Shown here piece by piece: positions 1-8,893 of a DNA stretch of 64,000 nt. The position numbers were made by a program, and so were the translations under genes. The stretch spans positions 1 through 64,000 of the forward strand of contig NZ_SBIV01000012.1 in the NCBI RefSeq assembly GCF_004765795.1, read 5' to 3'. This stretch comes from Halorussus marinus. Its GTDB lineage: Archaea; Halobacteriota; Halobacteria; Halobacteriales; Haladaptataceae. The notes beneath the pieces were generated by a model. It did not search any database. It saw only the letters and a list, made by a program, of their open reading frames with translations, and was not told where the DNA came from. Each line of letters opens with the position of its first letter. The first letter of the stretch is position 1.

Positions 1-130
1 TCCGGATGATCTCTCTGACGAACGACTCGGGGCTCGACAGCCATCCGGGTTTGTCTGAGATGGCATCCCAGACGAGGCCAACACCTCCATCTGACCCATC
101 ATCGGATGGATCGTCCGGTGCTTGGCTCAT
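1..130 (-). CDS. Element hypothetical protein, partial (MSQAPDDPSDDGSDGGVGLVWDAISDKPGW...)
   Basis: ATG at 130 overlaps the TGA of the upstream ORF (ATGA); frame stays open to the window edge. Confidence 0.6.
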   Translation of the reverse strand, partial: MSQAPDDPSDDGSDGGVGLVWDAISDKPGWLSSPESFVREIIR

Positions 131-579
131 CTCCGGATCGCCTCCCACGCCGTCCGCGTCATCCAGGTCAGGACGATGACCTCCGCAATCGCGATCACGA
201 TAGCGACCACCCCGGCCTCACGGAGCTCAGCGCTCGCGGTCGCGAACGCTGTCGTCAGCATCGTGGTCGCTGTCGCCTCCGAGACCAGCGCGGCGAGGAA
301 CTCGGCGACCCCGCTCAGAAGGATCGAGTTCGCTTCGCTCACCGACGCGATCGCGGACGCGATTCCAACCGCGAACGCACCGATCCCCGAGGCCGCGATG
401 TCCTCGGCCAGCACGCTCCACGCGATTAGTCCGCCGGCTCCGACCTTCGAGTAATCGCTCCAGTCGAACGACCCTCGAAACACCGCCCGGACGTCGTCTG
501 TGCTGGGTAGAATGAACCCGCTGCCGGAGTCACCGCCGCCACTACCTGCATCCGCGAACTCGGTGTCGCTACCGCTCAT
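127..579 (-). CDS. Small membrane protein, putative virion component
   Basis: 150 aa with hydrophobic helices; GGGGGT SD-like sequence upstream; lies in the structural module. Confidence 0.7.
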   Translation of the reverse strand: MSGSDTEFADAGSGGGDSGSGFILPSTDDVRAVFRGSFDWSDYSKVGAGGLIAWSVLAEDIAASGIGAFAVGIASAIASVSEANSILLSGVAEFLAALVSEATATTMLTTAFATASAELREAGVVAIVIAIAEVIVLTWMTRTAWEAIRR

Positions 580-657
580 CGAAGTTACCCCCTTGATGGT
601 ACTCGATGAGCGGCGAGGCGAACCGCGGCGATTCGTAGTGGCTCGGCCCCTGCATGG

Positions 658-1074
658 CTACTCCTCGTCTGACGCGCCCGAGAACCGGCTGAGGATCGGG
701 ACGTCGACGCCGGACAGGAAATCGATGTCGAGCAGGTCGTACGCGGTCCCGAGTAGCCACATCGTGGCGATGATCAACAGCAGAGCCATCAGCCAGCCGA
801 GGAGACCCCACTCGTTGATGATCGCGTTCGCCGACGAGAGCGACCCTGCGTCGAGCAGTTCCGCCATCCCGCCGAGCGACGACTCCGTCAGGTTCGCCGT
901 TTGCTCGGCCAGCGAATCCAGCGGGTTCGTGAACACGTTCTGGAGGCTGTCGATCCCGTACGAGATCGAATACCCGGCCGTCGCGATCGGCCCCGCGATC
1001 AGGATCTTGCGGATCGTCCCGCTCACCCCTTCGCCCTGCGCTTCCTCGATGATGTCTCCGACTGATTTCGCCAT
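658..1074 (-). CDS. Small membrane protein, putative virion component (MAKSVGD...)
   Basis: GGAGG upstream; starts just after the spike-like gene stop; C-terminal TM segment WGLLGWLMALLLIIATMWLL. Confidence 0.72.
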   Translation of the reverse strand: MAKSVGDIIEEAQGEGVSGTIRKILIAGPIATAGYSISYGIDSLQNVFTNPLDSLAEQTANLTESSLGGMAELLDAGSLSSANAIINEWGLLGWLMALLLIIATMWLLGTAYDLLDIDFLSGVDVPILSRFSGASDEE

Positions 1075-1076
1075 CG

Positions 1077-2555
1077 TTACCCTCCGATCCCGAGACCGCT
1101 GAGGACTCTCCCGATCCAGTTCTTGAACAGGACGCCGTAGCCCGTCACGCCCGCGATGAGGATGCCGGGGATGCTCTTGAGGAACCCGATGAACCCGTCC
1201 GCAGCACCGCCGATCGGGCCGCCGATGCCGCCCGACGTCGTCATCTCGTCCTCGTCGTCGTCGTTGACGAGCCACTCCTGATACACGACGTACCGAACGC
1301 CCTGCTGGATCGTGTCGTCAACCGTCACCGTCCCGTTGTGGCCCGCGTCCTCGTAGTCCGCGACGAGGTCGACCCATGCCGAGGAGTCTTCGAGGTCCTC
1401 GTAGCTGCTGGTCCCTGCGCCCTCGATGTACTGCGACGACAGCAGACGCGAGGACGGGAACGTCACCGTGTCGGTCAGTTGGGCGTTCCGGAGATCGAGG
1501 TCCTGGACGTCCGGGAACTCGTACGAGTAGTAGACGCCGAACCGCGAGTCGTAGTTGTACTCCTCGGCGTCAGCGAACTCGTACTCGGCGTTGTTCGCGT
1601 CCGCCGCGTCGAGGACGTAATCGAACTCCATGCCGTAGACGGTCGCGTTGTCGAACGGCGCGCCGAGCGAGTCGACGCTGTGGACGTCGTACGCGCCCGT
1701 CGGTTCGTAGACGGTGACGTTCTCGGTCGTGTTGTCGCCGTCCTGATCGATGTGCTGGACACCGTAGCTGACCTTGCTTAGCCGATCCGTCGACAGCGTC
1801 GTGAAATCAGCGTCGAGGTCGCCGTCGTTGACGATGATCTTGATCGACTGAATGCCGTCGAACGTGCCATCGCCCGACCCCTCGACCGCGAGGCCGGAGA
1901 CGTCGGCCTGGGAGACGAATCCGTTGCCGGTGCCGTCCGCAAGGACGTCCGCGTCGTTGGCCGACGCCGAGCCGTTGAGGTGGAGGCGCTTCTCGTCGCC
2001 GTCACTGTCCGCGATGACGAGCTCGGCAGTACCGTTTAGCGTCTGGATGTTCGCGGCGGCCCAGAACACGCGCTTGCCGACATCGCTGGTGATCGAGACG
2101 CCATCGAAGGACATGGTGACAGACTCGGTGTTCGCCACGTTGGCGTCGACCGAGAGCGTCTGAACGTCCGCGTCAGGACTCGATACGCTCACGTCCGAGT
2201 TGGTGCCGGACGTGGTCGTCCACTCGCTCGCGTCGAGTGTCGAGTTCGATTCGGACGGAAACTGAGAAGCAGCATCGAAAGCGAGATTATCCGCGCGCAA
2301 CGTGACCGGGTTCGACTCGTTCGCGAGCGAGCCGTTCAGCGTCTTCCAGTTCCCGTTGTCGTCTTGGTAGTCGAGCGTGGTGTTGTTCGTCCCGAGCTGG
2401 TGGGCGGCCTTCTCGACGGTGCCGGTGAACTCGGGGTTCGGCACCTTGTCGCTGGTGCCGACCGCGAGGCCGGTCGAGGATTGTGCGGCGGCGGGCATCG
2501 TCGCCATCAGCAGCACGGCGGTCAGCGCGAACACCTGCTGGAGCCGGTTACGCAT
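1077..2555 (-). CDS. Secreted, C-terminally anchored glycoprotein; putative virion spike/major surface protein
   Basis: GGAGGTG SD before ATG 2555; Sec signal (MRNRLQQVFALTAVLLMATMPAAA); acidic ectodomain with 11 N-x-S/T sequons counted by eye; Gly linker plus C-terminal TM. Confidence 0.75.
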   Translation of the reverse strand: MRNRLQQVFALTAVLLMATMPAAAQSSTGLAVGTSDKVPNPEFTGTVEKAAHQLGTNNTTLDYQDDNGNWKTLNGSLANESNPVTLRADNLAFDAASQFPSESNSTLDASEWTTTSGTNSDVSVSSPDADVQTLSVDANVANTESVTMSFDGVSITSDVGKRVFWAAANIQTLNGTAELVIADSDGDEKRLHLNGSASANDADVLADGTGNGFVSQADVSGLAVEGSGDGTFDGIQSIKIIVNDGDLDADFTTLSTDRLSKVSYGVQHIDQDGDNTTENVTVYEPTGAYDVHSVDSLGAPFDNATVYGMEFDYVLDAADANNAEYEFADAEEYNYDSRFGVYYSYEFPDVQDLDLRNAQLTDTVTFPSSRLLSSQYIEGAGTSSYEDLEDSSAWVDLVADYEDAGHNGTVTVDDTIQQGVRYVVYQEWLVNDDDEDEMTTSGGIGGPIGGAADGFIGFLKSIPGILIAGVTGYGVLFKNWIGRVLSGLGIGG

Positions 2556-2946
2556 CGAGACCACCTCCGAACGACCGTGCGGCGATGTAGCCGATCCCGA
2601 TTGAAACGCAGAACACGATGAGCGCAGCCAGCCCTGTGTTCGGGAGGCCCCAGAGGTAGCCGCTCGCCGCGAGGCCGAGCCCCGAGCCGATCAGCGACCA
2701 GAACGACTGGTAGTCGGTGAGACCGAACCCGGACATCTCGACCTCCGTCCGAGCTGCGTGTCCGCCGTCGGTCGCGATCTCCTCGTCGACGTCGTCGAGG
2801 CGGTCCTCGTGATACACCGCGCCGAAGCTCGCCGGCAGGTGCACGGTGTTCTGGTCGACGTCGACGGTAACGGTGCCGTCGAGGTTCGGTGCCTGGACGG
2901 CGTGGGTGTGACCGTTCTGCTGGACGGCCACTTCTCCGTCAGTCAT
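2548..2946 (-). CDS. Membrane protein upstream of the spike-like gene
   Basis: GGAGG SD before ATG 2946; two C-terminal TM helices; overlaps the start of the spike-like gene. Confidence 0.65.
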   Translation of the reverse strand: MTDGEVAVQQNGHTHAVQAPNLDGTVTVDVDQNTVHLPASFGAVYHEDRLDDVDEEIATDGGHAARTEVEMSGFGLTDYQSFWSLIGSGLGLAASGYLWGLPNTGLAALIVFCVSIGIGYIAARSFGGGLDA

Positions 2947-3049
2947 GCCGTCCTCCGCGGCGCTTTTCGAGGTTCCGCCAGTCGGTTGTCCAGTCAGTTC
3001 GTTCGTCATGTGACCCGTCATCTGTTGGGTCAGCAGTTCGGTTAGCCAT
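2939..3049 (-). CDS. 36-aa microprotein (MANRTADPTDDGSHDERTDWTTDWRNLEKRRGGRHD)
   Basis: First ATG after the leftward promoter region; stop overlaps the next start; below the ORF-track size cutoff. Confidence 0.45.
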   Translation of the reverse strand: MANRTADPTDDGSHDERTDWTTDWRNLEKRRGGRHD

Positions 3050-3099
3050 AGTTCGGGTCCGAGCGCGCAGTAAATGCGGGCGCGCCCGTCACACACCCA

Positions 3100-3200
3100 G
3101 ACTTTTTCAATCCTCTAAATAGTCAGTAAAATGGTTGTTTTGTAGTGGTTTTACCACCACAAGACCAACATTAAAGGGAGGTCAAGGTTTCTGTCGGCCT
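3100..3200. promoter_or_regulatory. Divergent promoter region with 19-bp imperfect inverted repeat (operator candidate)
   Basis: AT-rich; ATGGTTGTTTTGTAGTGGT-TTT-ACCACCACAAGACCAACAT at 3131-3171; TATA-like TTAAAG (+) and TTTAGA (-) flank it. Confidence 0.6.
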
Positions 3201-3210
3201 GATTCATCCA

Positions 3211-3429
3211 ATGGCACTGCACAAACTCCGGAAGCTCGATGAATCGACCGCGGGCCTGACCGTCCCGATCGACGATCTGCGAGAGCTCGGGCTCGCAGAC
3301 ATGGACGGGAACCTCCTCTTCGAAGAACAGTACGCCCGCGTTCGGATGACTGATGACGGCGAGTGGGAGATCACGCTCGTCGACATGGACGCGACTACCA
3401 GCCAGTCCGCTGAACTCCCTGCCGACTGA
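3211..3429 (+). CDS. AbrB/MazE-like small DNA-binding regulator
   Basis: 72 aa; N-terminal KLRKLDESTAGLTVPIDDLRELGL matches the swapped-hairpin pattern; the only credible plus-strand gene in the element. Confidence 0.65.
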   Translation: MALHKLRKLDESTAGLTVPIDDLRELGLADMDGNLLFEEQYARVRMTDDGEWEITLVDMDATTSQSAELPAD

Positions 3430-4060
3430 CCAAATTCGAAGACGGGGTGGCCGAGGACCGGTTGATCACCGTCTGAGTTGATGGCCGCATCTGATTTTCC
3501 TTTCATATAATCCAATAGAAACAGGGGTTCTCGGTTCTTCGTCTGTCGATTAAATCCCCCTTTTCGCTATTTGCTTCGCTGGATGCGAAGAACTCACGCG
3601 CGCTACGAGCGCGCACTACCGTAGAGGAGATAGGGGTCGTTCTTCCCGATCTTCCCTAACCGGGATACCGGCATTTCGCTCGTCCTACCGTGTGGTTTCG
3701 GCCGATTGGACATATGCGGTGAGGGCCGGGCCGTTCTGGCCCGGCCCGCATTGTTCTTGCCCCTTAGGGGCAACTACCGTAGGGGTGTTAGGAGATCCCG
3801 GACCCCCAGACCGAAACTCTTCAAGTAGGATAGAAGGCCTGGTAGAGTGGTATTCGGACGAATCAGCGGAAACAGTGGGGTCGAAAGCTGGCCGAAACTG
3901 GCGATCGTGTCGCCGAGGCCGCGATCAAACCGGACTGGAAATATATGCAAGATAGAAATTAATGCGGAGCGAAAAGAATCGCTAAACGAACCAGCGAAAT
4001 AATGTTGAAAAGGAGAGTGTCGCCACTGCATACCGACGCAAGCCCGGCCGCGAGAGACCG
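3430..4060. other. AT-rich non-coding region with several hairpins; candidate replication origin
   Basis: Perfect stems at 3574-3590, 3598-3614, 3723-3747 and 3757-3773; ACTACCGTAG occurs twice; lies at the 3' end of the Rep-like gene. Confidence 0.5.
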
Positions 4061-5905
4061 CTATCCTCTCGCGAACAGCGCCGGGTACGGGTCGGTCCGG
4101 ATCTCGACGTGCTCGCCGTCGATATGCTCGCCGTCGAGCGCAGCGCCGAGCTGCTCGCCAGTCAGGTGGATGTCGTCGAACGTCTCCCAGTTCGCTGACT
4201 CGTCATGATCGTCGCTATCGCTCTCGTCGCTGCTATCGTCCTCGGAACCACCATCGTCCTCGGAGTCGGCCTTGCGCTCCTCTCGGTTCTGCTGGCGATC
4301 CTCGCGGCGCTGCTCGGCGCGCTCGCGGATGTCCTTGAGATCCTCTTCGGGATGGATGGCTTCGAGTTCGTCGAGCGCGTTCAGCCGCAGCTCCTCGTTG
4401 TTGAACACGATGAGTCGTGGCATGCTGATCCGGAGTAGCACGTCGTCCTCGACGAAGTCGGCGACCATCTCCTGGACGTAATCCTCGGTGAAGCCAGTGA
4501 TCTCGGCGAGTTCCTCGTAGGACGCGCCGTTCATCGTCGCGATGGCGTAGAGGAGATCCCACTTGCTCTGTGTACCGGACTGACCGTAGACCGTGTTGAG
4601 GATGCGGCGGAGTCGCGTCTCGTTCGCCTCCTGGACGGCGGCCCGCCAGCCAGTCGGAACGAGCGTGTCGATGCGCTCGCGATCTCGTGGCTTGTAGTAG
4701 TCGTCCTCACGGAGCAGGCCGAGATTCAACCCGGAGCGGACGGCGATCGTCGAGGCGAGTTGGCGCAGCGTCGCCCGGAGCGCAGCCCACTCGTCGGCGT
4801 GTGGAAGTTCGGTCTCGTGGTCGGTCCCGGCGAAGAACGCTTCGAGCTTCGGCTCGGAGAGTCGCTCGTCGCGCGGACTGCCGTTGATCCGGTAGACCTT
4901 CGCGCCGAGCTCGATGCCGTCGCGCTGAGCGAACGCGTTGAATCCGAGCACGTCCCAGCGGTCGCTACGGACCATCTCCTCGACGAACATCCCCTCGCGC
5001 ATGGTCCCGTCACCGTCGACATCCCCGGAGCCACCGTACTCCAGCATCGACTTCGCTTCGCGGAGGCGCTTGACGACAGCGTCCATGTACTTACTCTCGA
5101 ACCGATGGTGAACCTCGCCCTTCCAGACCTTCCAAGAGTCGCGGTTGAACGCCGACCAGTCGGGCCGATCGACGCCGAGCGCTGCTGCGGCTCGGTTGGC
5201 GACCTCGATCGTGCGGACGAGCGACTCTTTCGAACCGGCGTAGGTCGTCTGGGTCCGGAACTTCGTTCCCTCGCCGTGCTGGGCGACCATCGGGTCGCCG
5301 GACGGTAAGACGAGGCTCTCGTCTTGGGGTTGGATCCAGCACTGGAACGAGACCGGAGTGCGGAGGTTGTCGTCGATGTTCGCGGCGAGCTCTCCGGAGT
5401 CCTCCTCGTAGCGCATCACCGAGACGTTGTACTCGTAGTACTGCGAGACCAGCGCTTCGGCGCCGGCCTGCGGGCCGGCGATCTCGTCGTCGACGTCGCG
5501 ACCGACCTTCCAGCCCTTCGAGGAGAGGACGAGGTGGGCGGGGTAGTCGTCGTGGAGCCAGTCGAACTGCTGGTGAACGTCCTCGTCGAGGACGATCGGC
5601 TCGTCCTCGGGTTCGATATCGAGGTGCTGCCAACCGCTCCACAGCCGGGTGTAGAAACTCTCGCCTTCGTCGTCTTCGTCAGCAAGGTCTTGCAGCACGG
5701 CCTCGATGCCGTGGCCGTGCTCGATGGGGTCCGGATAGTCGATCGCGTCGTAGTCTTTCAGCAGCACCTCGCTCTCGTCATCCTCGTCGGGAACGGGAGC
5801 GAGGCGACCCGTCGACGTGTAGTCGTGGGCCATGTGGGCGCTCTGCTGAGGATCCTGATCGTCGAGCGAGATGGTCGCGGTCTGCGTCGGGGCGTCGGCG
5901 CTCAT
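4061..5905 (-). CDS. Large element protein with C-terminal HTH; putative replication protein
   Basis: 614 aa, acidic; HTH-like ASYEELAEITGFTEDYVQEMV followed by a charged coiled coil; last gene of the operon, next to the origin-like spacer. Confidence 0.6.
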   Translation of the reverse strand: MSADAPTQTATISLDDQDPQQSAHMAHDYTSTGRLAPVPDEDDESEVLLKDYDAIDYPDPIEHGHGIEAVLQDLADEDDEGESFYTRLWSGWQHLDIEPEDEPIVLDEDVHQQFDWLHDDYPAHLVLSSKGWKVGRDVDDEIAGPQAGAEALVSQYYEYNVSVMRYEEDSGELAANIDDNLRTPVSFQCWIQPQDESLVLPSGDPMVAQHGEGTKFRTQTTYAGSKESLVRTIEVANRAAAALGVDRPDWSAFNRDSWKVWKGEVHHRFESKYMDAVVKRLREAKSMLEYGGSGDVDGDGTMREGMFVEEMVRSDRWDVLGFNAFAQRDGIELGAKVYRINGSPRDERLSEPKLEAFFAGTDHETELPHADEWAALRATLRQLASTIAVRSGLNLGLLREDDYYKPRDRERIDTLVPTGWRAAVQEANETRLRRILNTVYGQSGTQSKWDLLYAIATMNGASYEELAEITGFTEDYVQEMVADFVEDDVLLRISMPRLIVFNNEELRLNALDELEAIHPEEDLKDIRERAEQRREDRQQNREERKADSEDDGGSEDDSSDESDSDDHDESANWETFDDIHLTGEQLGAALDGEHIDGEHVEIRTDPYPALFARG

Positions 5906-6240
5906 GCTGCCTCCGCGAGCGCTGGCTCGGGGCTCGCGACCCGGACGGTCTCGCCCTCAATCTGGGCGTCGACGCGCTCAAAGTGATCCGGCGCGACTTC
6001 GTCGGGAGCGGGGAGTACGACGTCGACTCGGCGGCACTCGCAGCGCCAGCCGTAGACCGGGAGATCGTCAACAACGCGCGCCTCCAGAAGGTCACCTGGG
6101 ACGGTCGGCGTCCCGATGGTGCTGGTTACCTCGGAGCCGCAGAGCGGACAGAACGCGGCGTCGAGGTGCTCGTCGTAGTCGGCGACGAGGACGATGGTGC
6201 GCGGTTCGACGAGGTCAGACGAAGACTCGCGCACCGTCAC
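5902..6240 (-). CDS. Zinc-finger protein (CPLC...CEC)
   Basis: Cys motifs; 4-nt start/stop overlaps on both sides. Confidence 0.75.
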   Translation of the reverse strand: MTVRESSSDLVEPRTIVLVADYDEHLDAAFCPLCGSEVTSTIGTPTVPGDLLEARVVDDLPVYGWRCECRRVDVVLPAPDEVAPDHFERVDAQIEGETVRVASPEPALAEAA

Positions 6241-6578
6241 GCCGAATCACCGCCCTGCTGGGTTTCCGTGCTGGACTGCTCAGTTCTCGTATCTTGTGTG
6301 CGGGCGCTTCCGCCGTCGGTCTGGAGAAGAGTGGCCTGCTCTGTGGTGTCTTCGCTACTGCGGCTGCGATCGCGGATCTCGTGCCGGCGAACGTACCGAA
6401 TCCAGTCGTTACACTCGTGGCAGGTGGTTCCACCGAGTTTGTCAGTCAGCGCTTCTCTGAACTGTCCTCCACAACCCGGGCATTCGATGGGGACGGGCGT
6501 CACTTCGTCAACGGAGTCCACGACCACCTCGTGGTCGTAGTCCGATTGCTCAGTACCGTCCGTGGACCGATCAGTCAT
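6237..6578 (-). CDS. Zinc-ribbon protein (CPGC...CHEC)
   Basis: GGAGGTG SD before ATG 6578; two CxxC motifs; overlap-coupled. Confidence 0.72.
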   Translation of the reverse strand: MTDRSTDGTEQSDYDHEVVVDSVDEVTPVPIECPGCGGQFREALTDKLGGTTCHECNDWIRYVRRHEIRDRSRSSEDTTEQATLLQTDGGSARTQDTRTEQSSTETQQGGDSA

Positions 6579-8088
6579 CGGACGACACCTCCTTGGCACC
6601 GGTGAAAGTCCGCAGACTCGGCTCCTCCCCGGTTAGCGCCTCCGTGACGAGCGCCTTCGCCAGATGCACCGGCACCGCGTTCCCGATCTGGGCAGTGCGC
6701 GCGGCCTTCGTCCCGCCGGCGAACTCGTACTCCGGCGGGAAACCCTGGGCTGCGGCGAGTTCACGAGGCTGGAGCATCCGGTAGCGGAGCCCGAGTCCCC
6801 ACGGGGAGAGGTCGGGAACGCACAGCGCGTGGCGGTCCTTCGTCGTCACCGTCGGCAGTGGCTCGTCAACGTCGGCGGTGTCGCTGTTGCCGTAGTACTC
6901 GACGAGGAACGGACTGACGAGGTGACCGTCGTGGTTCGACGCCGTCACCGTGTGCAGCGGCCGCTCGCTGGGGTCGTACGTCGCGTTACTGTGGAGGCCT
7001 CTTTGAGGGCCGTTCCGCGGCTTCACGAACGCTTTCTCCGCGTGGATGCAGTGAATCGCGCCCCGGGTGGCGATGGTCGGCACGGGGTCCTCGCTGGCGT
7101 CCCGTGCACGAGCGTTCGAGTGCTGGCCCATCACCATCGACGTCGGCGTACCGCCGTCGGCCGCCACGGTCGTCGCCTCGGCTTCCACGAGGAACGGCGC
7201 GTCGCGGTTCTCGACGGCGTCCGCGACCGCGTCCGCAGAGACGACGTCCTCCTGCATCGCCTCAACGTCCTCCGGGGTGATGCTGGCGAGTACGTCCGCG
7301 TACCCGGCGAGTTCCTCGCCGCAGTGCTCGCGGATGCCCTTCGCGATGCGCTGCATCGTGTTGTTCGACAGCGGTCGGCTGCGTGTCCAGATCGACTCGC
7401 CCATGTCCGACCAGTCGATAACCTCCGCAGCCGGCCGCCACAGCTCGCGGTCGCCGTCCTCGGTGGGATTTCGGGCGTGCGTCGGCGCTGGATGCGTCGC
7501 ACGTCGGTCCCGACGGCCGACGACGAACAACCGGCGGCGCGAGGTGGCATCGCCGTAGTCGGCCGCGTTCAGCACGTCCCAGTCGATAGAGTAGCCGAGC
7601 GAGCAGAGGGCGTCAGTCCACGCCTCGAAGGTCTCGCCGTTCCGGGTCGGCTGACCGTCATCGTCGATCGGCCCCCAGGACTTGAGTTCGGGGACGTTCT
7701 CGACGAGCAGCGCGTTGGGTCGGGTTTTCTGCACCCAGTCGACGACGTGCCACGGCGACGCGCGGCGCTGCTCGTTCACGGGTTTGCCGCCGCGTGCACT
7801 TGAGAAGTGCGTGCATTCGGGGCCGGCGACGAGCAGATCGACGTCGTCGTCGCCGACGACGTTCGGCGGGTGGAGTTCTTCGACCTTCGCGTTGTGCTGT
7901 TCGGCCCACGCGTGGTTTCGGCGGTGGGTTTCGATGGCGTCCGTGTCGTGGTTCACCGCGATCAGCCGGACGTCCATGTCTAGGTTCTCGCAGGCGAGCG
8001 CGAGACCCGTACTGAAGCCACCGCCACCGCAGAACAGGTCCACGGCGGTCAACTGATGAGTTCCGCTCGCTGACTGCTCACTCGTCAC
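6571..8088 (-). CDS. DNA (cytosine-5)-methyltransferase
   Basis: Motifs DLFCGGGG (I), GPECTHFS (IV), ENV (VI), RRRLF (VIII), QIGNAV (X); GTG start overlaps the upstream stop. Confidence 0.95.
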   Translation of the reverse strand: MTSEQSASGTHQLTAVDLFCGGGGFSTGLALACENLDMDVRLIAVNHDTDAIETHRRNHAWAEQHNAKVEELHPPNVVGDDDVDLLVAGPECTHFSSARGGKPVNEQRRASPWHVVDWVQKTRPNALLVENVPELKSWGPIDDDGQPTRNGETFEAWTDALCSLGYSIDWDVLNAADYGDATSRRRLFVVGRRDRRATHPAPTHARNPTEDGDRELWRPAAEVIDWSDMGESIWTRSRPLSNNTMQRIAKGIREHCGEELAGYADVLASITPEDVEAMQEDVVSADAVADAVENRDAPFLVEAEATTVAADGGTPTSMVMGQHSNARARDASEDPVPTIATRGAIHCIHAEKAFVKPRNGPQRGLHSNATYDPSERPLHTVTASNHDGHLVSPFLVEYYGNSDTADVDEPLPTVTTKDRHALCVPDLSPWGLGLRYRMLQPRELAAAQGFPPEYEFAGGTKAARTAQIGNAVPVHLAKALVTEALTGEEPSLRTFTGAKEVSSDD

Positions 8089-8381
8089 TTCAACCACCTC
8101 GCTTCGGGACGGAGGTCGTGACGAGCGCCGTACTCGCGCACCTCGATTGTCTCGGCAGCTGCCCAGTCGTCTGGGAATTTTTCGGAGTCCTGTGACCGAA
8201 CTTCGTGGTGGATATCCACGCCGACCCCGTGGAAGTACTCGATGACGAGTCGGTGCTCAACCGTCTCGTGCCTGTGGCGAATCCCGATGAACGGCTTCGT
8301 CGACCACTCGGAAAGAACATGCTGTCGGTCTGACTCCCATCGCTTTGCGGGGTCCTGACCGGTCGAGTACTTTGCCGTCAT
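8085..8381 (-). CDS. Hypothetical protein (98 aa)
   Basis: Overlap-coupled on both sides within the operon. Confidence 0.65.
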   Translation of the reverse strand: MTAKYSTGQDPAKRWESDRQHVLSEWSTKPFIGIRHRHETVEHRLVIEYFHGVGVDIHHEVRSQDSEKFPDDWAAAETIEVREYGARHDLRPEARWLK

Positions 8382-8893
8382 GCTGTCTCACCTCCGGAGA
8401 ACTCGGTCAGGCTGGCGAGTTCTGGACCGTCCTGCTCGTCGGTAGGCTCGTCGAGGTCCGATGGGTCGGGGTGATGCGAGACCTCGACGTCGAGGTCGTC
8501 GGCCAGCACGTCGGCGAGGACGTGTCGATGGCAGTACCGCGGGTTCTTCTCCCAGCAGACGAGCCAGACGTTGCGATATTCGGCTCTGTCGCGGAGTTCG
8601 TCGAGGACTTGCTGTTGGCCCGCACCGTCGAGGTGGTCTCGATAGCGGTCCTCGAAGTTGACCGTACGCCATGCAGCGGCGCTCGGGTTGGCGACTCCAT
8701 CTCGGTCGCCCGCTTCCTCGACAGTCTTGAACGCGTTGAGGAGATCGTCGGGCGGGGCGACCGCGGGAACGTTGCGGTCGGTGACGCGGAGAACGAAGTC
8801 CTTCGGGTAGCGGACGACGCCGAGGACGAGGTCGCCGTCGTCGGGGTGGACAAGGGACCCGAGACCGCCGAAGTAGGTCGTGTAGAGCGTCAC
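8378..8893 (-). CDS. DUF488-family protein
   Basis: MTLYTTY start, APP motif, and LVCWEKNPRYCHRHVL (C-x-E...CHR) signature. Confidence 0.85.
   Translation of the reverse strand: MTLYTTYFGGLGSLVHPDDGDLVLGVVRYPKDFVLRVTDRNVPAVAPPDDLLNAFKTVEEAGDRDGVANPSAAAWRTVNFEDRYRDHLDGAGQQQVLDELRDRAEYRNVWLVCWEKNPRYCHRHVLADVLADDLDVEVSHHPDPSDLDEPTDEQDGPELASLTEFSGGETA

Noticed and set aside
3692..4031. ORFs 3692-3955 (+) and 3774-4031 (-)
   Set aside because: Non-acidic, no motifs or SD, and they overlap the hairpin-rich spacer.
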